DNA of 64,000 nucleotides. Origin: Octopus sinensis. Its lineage: Eukaryota. A model generated the notes under the pieces. That model worked only from the letters and a program-made list of their open reading frames with translations. It was not told the origin of the DNA and searched no databases. Location: NCBI RefSeq assembly GCF_006345805.1, contig NC_043001.1:62806001-62870000 (forward strand). Reading direction: 5' to 3'. The position numbers and the translations under genes are program-made. This document shows positions 13,107 to 22,997 of this stretch, in pieces. Within the stretch, counting starts at the first letter, position 1, and each line of letters begins with the position of its first letter.

Positions 13107-14011
13107 ATGGCTTTTGCATATCCAAGTTTAAGAGGAATTAGTCACCGCGATATTGCCGTCTCCACTGCTACAACAGCAGATAGCATTAATTGGCTTAAGA
13201 GACATGGCCTTTTGAATACCCAGAAAATATGTACATCGTGTGGAGCTCCCATGAGAGAAGTAACGAAAAAAAATATATCTGATGAAATAATATGGTCGTG
13301 TGGAAGACCTTGTAGAAAATCCGTGTCAATTAGAAAAGGAACATTTTTAGAAAATAGCAAATTGAAGTGTCAACAGATCATAGATATTTTGTTTTACTGG
13401 GCCAAAGAAGATTTAGCAAAAGAATAGGACAGGAATGTCATTTAGCAAATGTAGCGGTAACCGATTGGAGGAATTTTTGCCGCGATGTATGTGCAGAATA
13501 TTATGTTGCACAGAATATTAAACTGGGAGGACCCAATAGAATCGTTGAAATAGATGAAACTGCGTTTGTTAAGAGAAAATATCATGTTGGCCATCGGGTT
13601 AAAACGCAATGGGTGTTTGGTGCATTAGAAAGAGATAGTAGAAGATGTATTTTAGTGGCAGTTGAAAATCGAACAGCGGACACTCTATTACAGATTATAC
13701 GCGAGCGTATATTGCCTGGTACAACAATAATATCCGACCTTTGGCGTTCGTATAATACACTCAGTCAGCTAGGATACAGACATTTGACCGTGAATCATTC
13801 TATAAATTTTGTTGATCCGGTAACATTTGCCACAACCAACCACATAGAATGTTTATGGAAACACGTAAAGACTCGAAATAGGAGAGAATGTGGAACAGCC
13901 AGAAATTTACTTCAGACCCATCTCATCGAATTCATGTGGCGCTATGAATTTAAGGATGATATATTCGGGAAGTTGATAGAACAAATTCGACAGCTATATC
14001 CATGTATTTGA
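13107..14011 (+). CDS. Merlin/ISXO2-like DDE transposase, right-arm copy (one frameshift, missing G near 13421)
   Basis: ORF 13107..13427 (CTSC..WSC zinc region) joins ORF 13367..14011 (IDE / SD / TNHIE catalytic triad). Confidence 0.88.
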
Positions 14012-16317
14012 GCATAAGTATCAAGACAGAATGAGTATCGCATTTATTTTTAAACTTAACTTCAAGTTTATATTTTGATAATCTCACCGTTGAAAATGAT
14101 ATTTGAAAATAATTTGCGTTTATTAATTTGATATATTTGATTTTTACATTCTAAATTCATTTTTCGAAAACTTCATGTAAAAAATAAGAGAAATGCTATT
14201 GATATTTAAAATGTATGAATTTTTTTCTGAAAAATGTACACACGTACACATTTTATATCTATTATATGTGTGTGTGTGTATCTATCTATCTATCTGTATG
14301 TATGTATATAATGTATAGTGGTTAAGAAAAAAACCGATTAAAAATACATGTATATATTATATATATGTATGTATTAAATATATATATATATGTATATATA
14401 CATGTATATTATATATATGTGTGTATGTATGTATATATATATACATACATACATACAAGCTTTTACTTGCATTTCAGTGGTACGTAAATAAACGGCGTAA
14501 ATAAACGAAAGACGACGTAAATACACGAAGTTGACGTCTGACGTCAGATTTCTCTACTTTCACTTTTGACACCCAAAGGCATGACAGTGCCCCTGACACC
14601 ATCACAGAGCGTAATTCAAACATTCCACTGGCTCGAGGAAGCCCTGTGCAATAATTTAATAGTCTTATGCACACATACCTGCACAGGAGAATTAAAAATT
14701 ACTGCCGATTTTAGCAGTTTTGCAACTTCTTGCGGAACCCTGGTTTAGCATAACAGTATGTTTTGCTGAGAATTAATCCATTTTTTTGACAGCAAGAGGT
14801 AAGTAGCAGTTTGTCTGAACTTTATCCATTACATTATCCATTATAGTAATATTTGTCTGTTGAAACCCGTTTTAAGGCGGTCAATAGTTTAATTAAAGAT
14901 GTGTCTATACATGTATATATATATATATTTATATATATATATATACATGTGTATATATATGTATACACTTCTGACAGCTAAAAGCATGACAGTATGCCAA
15001 ATCTTCTTTTGCCCAATGATTTGTTCACACTTCAATTTTGCCCAATAATTTGTTCACACTTCAATTTACTATTTTCTAGAAATGTTTCTTTTCTAAATTA
15101 TTGATATATTTTTTTTTTCCTTGTGAAAATTCCGAGGGAGGGGGTTACCCCCCCCTTTCCGGAGCAATTCTGGACCAAAATATGGGATTTGCAGCATATT
15201 AGGAGGTCAGGGTACTTGATTCCACGCAAGAAATCTGAGGTTTTTTTCTTCTTCCTTGTGAAAATTCCGGGGTGGGGGTGTTACGCCCCCCTTTCCGGAG
15301 CAATTCCGGACCAAAATATGGGATTTGCAGCATATTAGGAGGTCAGGGTACTTGATCCCACGCAAAAAATCCGAGTTTTTTTTTTTTTTTTCTTAGTGAA
15401 AATCGTGCGGGTGTTAATCTGTAATTTTACCAAAAAGCCATAGCACCATCTTTAGTATCTGTTGTTATTATTATTATTATGGAGTTGAATGTGTGTGGTG
15501 AAGTTATCAATACATTAACCAACACCATTGAAGTGAAATAATAGGCTTAATATCTAGATCCGCACCCGGTGGGAAAAATGGAAACGATGTAAATTTTCCG
15601 AGGCCTCTCCCCCACCCACTTTCCCGAGCACGCATATTTTTGTCATATTCGTTTAGAGGAAGTTGTTTTACACCTATTACACTATTTTTTTTTTGGTTTT
15701 TATGACCGGGTCAAACGCTTTAGTTTGACCGTAAAAATTAACCTTTTAATTTTCTTCCCCTAAGACAAAAAAGGGGATGAAGGTAATTAAAATTTTGAAA
15801 AATGTGATTCGTCGTTTAGCTGCTGTTTCTAGCATGTCGTGTGTTCTGATTAGATACTTGTTACGTCTGCTAAGGAGGAGGCGAGGGGGTGTTCATTTAT
15901 TTTTTGAAAAATTGAAATTTTACAAATTTTGTTTTCAGAATCATAATCTCCGTATTTCGCCAAAAGAGATTTGTAAAAAAAAAAGTGAAAAACGGGGGGG
16001 GGGGGTGTTAAATTTTGATATGCCTATTTTTTTGCAGATTCCTAATCTCAGCAATCGAAAAGACGCGTTTCTGCAGAAAAAAATACCGAAAGTATGTGTG
16101 GTTCATGTCCTTTACCTCCGCCTCTAAATCGCCCTTAAATCACACATCAAAAATAATTTTGGTTAATTTTTTTTATGTAATCGTATGAATGTACAGAACA
16201 CAGATTAACAAAAATTTTGAAGGGTTATACAAGGTGCTTAAACCAGAATTCCGCCACAAGAATTATATGGGGTACTTAAACCAGAATTTCGTCGAAAAAT
16301 ATTGAAAAACAACAATA

Positions 16318-16481
16318 CGCGCAGGAGTGGCTGTGTGGTAAGTAGCTTGCTTACCAACCACATGGTTCCGGGTTCAGTCCCACTGCGTGGCACCTTGGGC
16401 AAGTGTCTTCTGCTATAGCCCCGGCCCACCAATGCCTTGTGAGAGGATTTGGTAGACGGAAACTGAAAGAAGCCCGTCGTA

Positions 16482-16533
<52 letters not shown>

Positions 16534-16745
16534 TGTGTGTGTTTGTGTGTCTGTGTTTGTCTCCTTAGCATTGCTTGACAACCGATGCTGGTGTGTTTAC
16601 GTTCCCGTTACTTAGCGGTTCGGCAAAAGAGACCGATAGAATAAGTACTGGGCTTACCAAAAGAATAAGTCCCGGGGTCGATTTGCTCGACTAAAAAAGG
16701 CGGTGCTCCAGCATGGCCGCAGTCAAAATGACTGAAACAAGGAAA
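16318..16745 (+). mobile_element. tRNA-derived SINE with internal (TA)n(TG)n (resembles the octopus OK/OR-type SINEs)
   Basis: A box TGGCTGTGTGG, B box GGTTCAGTCCC, CORE-like GGCACCTTGGGCAAGTG; tail AATGACTGAAACAAG.AAAAGA. Confidence 0.85.
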
Positions 16746-17782
16746 AAGAAGGAAAGGAATACACGTCAAAGTGAAAAAGAAACGAGGAAGATGTGATATG
16801 AGGTAGTCATGGGATGTACTAAAAACAACAGCTACATCACTTTTAAATCACACGCAATTTTTTTTCATTTTTGCTTCCAGAATTCCGCTGGTAATGATTT
16901 CTTTAGAAAATTTAAAAGAAAAACTGAGAAAAAAAAAACTCGGAAGAGCAACATTAATAGTTGAAATATTTGCTTGGAACGACATTTTAAGATAAATGAA
17001 AGACTTACCCCAAAACAAGGAAAAAGAACAAACTTGAAGTTGAAGAAATTTGGCGGGAAACATAAAAAGTGGTGTAACATGGGAAAAATAATGTGGATGG
17101 AAAATAAACTGGAACGAAATGAAATCACAGAAGACAAATTTAGGCTAGTCACGGGAAAATATATTAGAATAATATACTATAAATAATACAGTCGTTAAAA
17201 AGATAATATTTTAAGTAAATTTTTTACAGACTTCTGATTTTTACTTATTTTCTCCGTACCTGCTTGAAATTATTACCTTGCAAGTATTGCATCGTCATTT
17301 TGTAATGTTGCATCACGTTTAGAAGTAAAATTGGTCAGGTTTGTTGTAGTCTTTGAAGTTGAGAATCCGAAACATAGTCAGGTGACAGGTATTTTTTTTT
17401 TCTTTGCAAGAAATTTTTCCTCAACTTTGATCCGATTGTAATTGAGGTTGTTAATAAAATATCTGAATAATCTTTGGTGCTTGACAATCGATTATTCTTT
17501 TCGCTGTCGGATTCCACGTCAATTTTTAGTTAATGTTTACAAAATTGCCCGGAAACGAAAACAAAAAAAAAAGAAAGAGTGCAACGAGTATTTAAAAATG
17601 TGTATGAAACGAACATGAAAACAAAAATGTGCGCAAAGCAACGGGGTTTGAGTGGGGAGAGAGGACTTTGAAACATTCAGAACATCCAAGTTTTTTCCTC
17701 ATAAATTTTGGGAAAATGAATTCTTTTGGACGAAATTTTATATAAATACCTTTCATACGGCATAGATTACGATTATAAAGAC

Positions 17783-18125
17783 GCAGGGGTGGCTGTGTGG
17801 TAAGAAGCTTGCTTCTCAACTACATAGTTCTGGGTTCAGTCCCACTGCGTGGCACCTTGGGCAAGTGTCTTCTACTATAGCCTGGGCCCGACCAAAGCCT
17901 TGTGAATGGATTTGGTAGACGCCCGTCGTATATATATATATATATGTGTGTGTTTGTCCTCTACTGTCGCTTGACAACCGACGTTGGTGTGATTATGCCC
18001 CCATAACTAGCGGTTCGGCAAAAGATAGCGATAGAATAAGTACTAGGCTTACAAAGAATAAGTTTCACGAAAGGCAGTGCACCAGCATGGCTGCAGTCAA
18101 ATGACTGAAACAAATAAAATAAAGG
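17783..18125 (+). mobile_element. Older copy of the same tRNA SINE
   Basis: Same head, core and tail with more substitutions and deletions. Confidence 0.8.
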
Positions 18126-18146
18126 AAACACCCACACACATATATA

Positions 18147-21100
18147 CATCAACATCATCGTTTAACGTCCGTTTTCCATGCTAGCATGGGTTGGACGCTT
18201 TGACCGGTGTCTGGGAAGTCAAGAGGCTGCACCAGGCTCCAGTCTGGTCTGGCAGTGTTTCTACAGCTGATTGCCCTTCCTAATGCCAACCACTCTTTGA
18301 GTGTAGTGGGTGCTTTTTACATACCACTGGTACAGGGGCCATGGTAGGCTGGCAGCGGCAACGATCGGCTGGTGCTTTTTACGTACCACCGGCACGGAAG
18401 CCAGTCAAGGAAGTGCTGGCATCAGTCACGTTCGGATGGTGCATTTTATGTGCCACCGGCACAGGTATCACAACTACAATTTCCATTTGATTTTTTATTT
18501 TGATGTTGATTGACTCAATAGGTCACCTCAAGCACAGCAGGTTGCTACACGATCCAAGGTAAACACAGCAGGCCGTTCTGTGATCCAAGGTACTTTGGGT
18601 GGGCTGGGGCTGCTATATAAAACTGGTGCAGGAAACAGCCATGAACTCACGTTATTTGTCGGGTCTTTGCAGTCACAGCATATCTCCAGAGATCTCGGTC
18701 TTTCGTCATTGCCTCTGTGAGGCCCAACATTCGACGGTCATCCTTGACCACCTCATCCCCATGTCTGCCTGGGTCTACCTCTACCCTAGATTCTTTCAAT
18801 TGTTTGGGAGTGAACTTCTTCACACATCTCTCCTCATCCATTCTTAGTACATGACCATACCAGCGCAAATGTCTCTCTCTTGCACACCACATCTGATGCT
18901 TCTTATGTCCGGAATTTCTCTCTGGGCACTTACACTGTCGTGTGTGCACACTGACATCCAGCAGATCATGCTAGCTTCATTTCCTTCAAGCCTACACATG
19001 TCCTCTGCAGTCACGGCCCATGTTTCACTACCATGAAGCATGGCAATTCGCACACATGTCATACAATCTACCCTTCACTCTGAACGAGAGACCCTTTGGC
19101 ACCTGTAGGGGTAGAAGCTTTCTAAACTTTGCCCAGGCTATTTGTATTCTAGTGGTGACACTCTCTGAGCATCCACCTCCACAACTAACTTGGTCACCTA
19201 GGTAGCAGAAACTATCAACTAGTTCTACTTTCTCCCCCTGGAGTGTGATGGAATTTGTTTTCTGAGTATCTGTCATATCTATTGCCCTTGTGCATTTGCC
19301 GTACACAAAAGCTGTCTTCTCGGTTAATTTTCCTTTGGTGTTGCTGCACCTCTTATGCATCCATAGCTTACACTGGGTACATCTTATGGAGTTTCTACCT
19401 ACACCATTTCTACAGATCGAGCAGGGCCACCTACCTGAAGGGGTGTGTGGTGTGTTTGCCTTCCTACTTACTAGAACTTTGGTCTTTGCTACATTTACTT
19501 TAAGGCCTTTTGATTCTAAACCTAGCTTCCACACCCGAAATTTCTTTTCTGGTTCTGGTAGTCATTCTGCTATGAGGGCCAGGTCATCAGCATAGAGGAG
19601 CTCCAAGGGGCAACCCGTCTTGAATTTCTCTGTTATTGCCTGGAGGACTATGATGAATAAAAGGGGACTGAGGGCTGAACCTGGTGAACCCCTACTTCTA
19701 CCTGGAATTCTTCACTATACTCATTGCAAATCCTAACCTTACTAACAGCCTCTCTGTATAGGGCCTGTACAGCCCTTATTAACTATTCGTCTATCTCCAG
19801 TTTCCGCATTGCCTACCAGATAAAGGATCGGGGGACCCTAGCAAAGGCTTTCTCCAAGTCCACAAAAGCTATGTAGAGGGGTTTATCTTTAGCTAAGTAT
19901 TTCTCCTGCAGTTGTCGAACCAGGAATATGGCATTAGTGGTGCTTCTACCCGGAACAAAACTGAACTGCATCTCATCTAAGCAGGACTATGACCTTCTCT
20001 GTGACCTTCATCACCAGATCCAGCAGTTTGGAATCCCTGTAGTTATTTCTATCTAGAGCATCACCTTTACCCTTGTAGCAGTTGACTATGGTGCTGCTAC
20101 ACCAGTCATTGGGTATGACACTATTATGAACTACCAGGTTTACAATGCGGGTGACTAGGCCATAGCCCACACCACCAGATGCTTTGAGCATCTCAGCAGT
20201 GATTCCGGATGGGCCGTGGGCTTTTCCTGGCTTCATACCCTTAATTGCTTTATCTACTAGGGAGCTATCTATTGGGATAGCTGGTCCCTCTACTGGGTCA
20301 ACATTTGGCAGGCTCTCCTCCTCCCATTCATTCTCCACATTCAATAGACTTTCATAATGGCTTCTCCAAGCCTCTTTCTTTTCAGAAACATTAAAAGCAA
20401 GTGCACCATCATCCATGTGGACGCATTTCTCTCCTGTGACATCACAATTTTCTCTCACACACTGTCTAGCAATCTGAAATACCTCAGTTCTTTGGTCCTC
20501 ATGTTGCTGGACATTGGCAAACTTCTTTTCCACTTCACCCTTGGCTATGTATACCTGCCGCCGAGCCTCCCTTTCGTCTACCTGGTACAGTTCCCTGCTA
20601 CCCCTATCCCTCCAGGCTTTCCAGGCCTGTTTCTTTGTTCTAATGGCTTTGTCTACCGTACTATTCCACCACCACGTAACTCTAGGTCTGGAAGGGACTT
20701 TGCACCATCTGTAGACTTCCAAATCCTTCTTTTCTGGATTGGTCTGCTTCTTGGTATCCTTCTGGCCTCGAGCCTAAAGTCACTAATGACTAGCCTATGC
20801 TGGGGAGTACATTCTTCACCCAGGAGGGTCTTTCTATTTAAGAGCAACCCTGCGTCCCACTGTCTGGTGAGGATGAAATCAATCTGGCTAGCAGAGTCTC
20901 CTGACTGATAGGTTATAAGGTGACTGTCTGGCTTACTGAAGTTAGTGTTGCAGATTAAAAGGTTACATGCATCACAGAATTCCAGTAGTCTAGTTCCCTC
21001 ATCGTTTTGGGTGCCAATATCATGGTCACCAGTGAAGATATCATATTCCCACTCAACATGCCCATTAAAGTCTCCAGCCACAAAGATGAGGTCAATTCTA

Positions 21101-21560
21101 CTCGTCTTTGAGGTAGCTTGTAGAAGGGTATCATAAAAGTGGTCCTTCTGATCATTTGGTAGCCCTGCATGTGGGACGTGGGCAGAGATAATTGTAGCTG
21201 TGCTATTCTGTAGGACTAAGCACTCTATCACATACCCTGACAACCTGACCTTATCCACCCATTTCTCCACAAGGAGTATGCCAACTCCCCCTACATCATC
21301 CATGTTACCTTGCCAGGAGACTTTATACCTATGTGCCTTGCCTGTGAGGACCCTAGCTGAAGCTCATCTCCATCTTACCTCTTGTATGCAAGCATACATC
21401 AACCCGTCTCCTTTCAAGCATCTCTACAATCTCACTAGACCTACCTTTCAGTGTGCCAACATTGACAGTGCCAACTCTGAAAATTGGGAAGGTAATGTGG
21501 GGTGAGGTTTGGGGAGAAGGGATTTTATTCAGCGACTGAAAAGAAGAGGGTTGTTGTGGT
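18147..21560 (-). mobile_element. Near-full-length degenerate RTE LINE (APE plus RT)
   Basis: ORFs 21353..21610 (RVGTVNVGTL), 20653..21303 (AGDFNGH, QIDFIL, QHRLV), 19973..20722, 19028..19534; (GAT)-type tail at 18147. Confidence 0.92.
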
Positions 21561-21667
21561 GTTCGTTTTATAGGCATGCTTCGTTGATCTCTCTTCCAGC
21601 CTGGCAACATTCAAGCATGTTAGATTGCTGGATGTAGGAGCCAGTGTTAGCAGCGTTGTAAGCATAA

Positions 21668-21842
21668 GCATTATGGTCATTGAATGATGTAGATTTAAGC
21701 GATGTAGCAGAAATATGGATATTCCAATGTTAGGTTAGGAGGGAGCAGAATATGGATATTCGTAAGCATTATGGTCATCAAATGATGTAGATTTAAGTGG
21801 TGTAGCAGAAATATGGATATTCCAATGTTAGGTTAGGAAAGG
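21668..21842. repeat. Local direct duplication of ~72 bp
   Basis: GCATTATGGTCAT..AATGATGTAGATTTAAG..GTAGCAGAAATATGGATATTCCAATGTTAGGTTAGGA occurs twice. Confidence 0.75.
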
Positions 21843-22386
21843 GTCAGATGAAAGCTGGTCGCATTTGTCCAAGTAGAGGAGGATTGCAGGTATAATGGAG
21901 GGTACCACCAGCGGGGAAGCGTTCAGACAAAGAGAGAGGAAACAAGCTCTTTCCCACATTCCTACAAGCACACCCACACTTTGGAACAAGCACGCATGGA
22001 CAGCCAAATAGCTTTTACATTTACTTCCCAAGGCCAAGGAAATGGGTAGTTGTTGGCATATTTCTAGACAACGGAAATGGAATGAAATATAGCCAAACCT
22101 GGTTGCACTTGTCCCAGAAGAGTGATAGAGAAAGAGAGAGTGCAGGTAATACAAGTCACAGCACCAGTGAGGAGGGGGAGTTGGGAGAAACGATAACTGG
22201 TACACACGTATATATATATATATAATTACATACACACACACATGTGTACATACATACATATATATAAATGTACATACACATACATATATACATACATATG
22301 GTGTGTTGTGAATTTATGGAAAGAAAATCCCATAAAACTCAAGCATTTTGTTAAAATTCGAGAAGAGAAGATGTTAAAATATATAA

Positions 22387-22812
22387 GAGGTGCAGGAGTG
22401 GCTGTGTGGTAAGTAGCTTGCTAACCAACCACATGGTTCTGGGTTCAGTCCCACTGCGTGGCATCTTGGGCAAGTATCTTCTGCTATAGCCCCGGGCCAG
22501 TATCTTCTGCTATAGCCCCGGGCCGACCAATGCCTTGTGAGTGGATTTGGTAGACGGAAACTGAAAGAAGCCTGTCGTATATATGTATATATATATGTGT
22601 GTGTGTGTGTGTCTGTGTTTGTCCCCCTAGCATTGCTTGACAACCGAAGCTGGTGTGTTTACGTCCCCGTCACTTAGCGGTTCGGCAAAAGAGACCGATA
22701 GAATTAGTACTGGGCTTACAAAGAATAAGTCCCGGGGTCAATTTGCTCGACTAAAGGCGGTGCTCCAGCGTGGCTGCAGTCAAATGACTGAAACAAGTAA
22801 AAGAGTAAGAGA
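22387..22812 (+). mobile_element. tRNA-derived SINE (same family) with a small internal duplication
   Basis: GGTGCAGGAGTGGCTGTGTGG head; AGTATCTTCTGCTATAGCCCCGGGCC occurs twice at 22473-22525. Confidence 0.88.
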
Positions 22813-22997
22813 ATCTTAATTCATGCAATCTTTTAAACTAACAAACATTTATTTACATGAAAGAAAATTACCGGAGACATAACACGTGTTGGGTACTAGT
22901 ATCGTAGACTGGTCCCTGTTTGCGCGCGTCCGCGCTAGCCAGACGTAGGTAGTCGATACTCGATCCTACGAGCTGACTGGCGTATATATATAATGGT

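Larger units (their letters stand above)
11221..14591. mobile_element. Palindromic (fold-back) Merlin transposon with two head-to-head transposase copies and 8-bp TSD
   Basis: Ends GGCACTGTCATGCC...GGCATGACAGTGCC; arms 11221-12906 and 12910-14591 are reverse complements with a 3-nt loop; CCTGACAC at 11213-11220 and 14592-14599. Confidence 0.93.
9704..15431. repeat. Outer inverted repeat: arms 9704-10912 and 11165-11220 plus 14592-15431, spacer 10913-11164
   Basis: 14592-15431 is the reverse complement of 10862 down to 9704 with scattered substitutions (about 8 in 240 bp for 10640-10860) and a deletion. Confidence 0.85.

Noticed and set aside
11221-14591. Palindrome as a simple fold-back read artefact
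   Set aside because: A chimera would mirror the left flank too (GTGTCAGGTTC...), but the right flank continues as CCTGACACCATCACAG, the direct TSD plus the original target. Read-level confirmation is still needed.
16318-16400. tRNA genes at SINE heads (also 22387, 54580, 38560)
   Set aside because: A and B boxes are present but there is no complete cloverleaf or acceptor stem, and they continue into SINE bodies.
16750-17520. Possible piggyBac-like transposase remnants
   Set aside because: Only Lys-rich short ORFs are present, with no DDD motifs, TTAA TSD or TIR identified.
21850-22200. Possible CR1/L2 3' fragment
   Set aside because: Manual translation gave no convincing motif.
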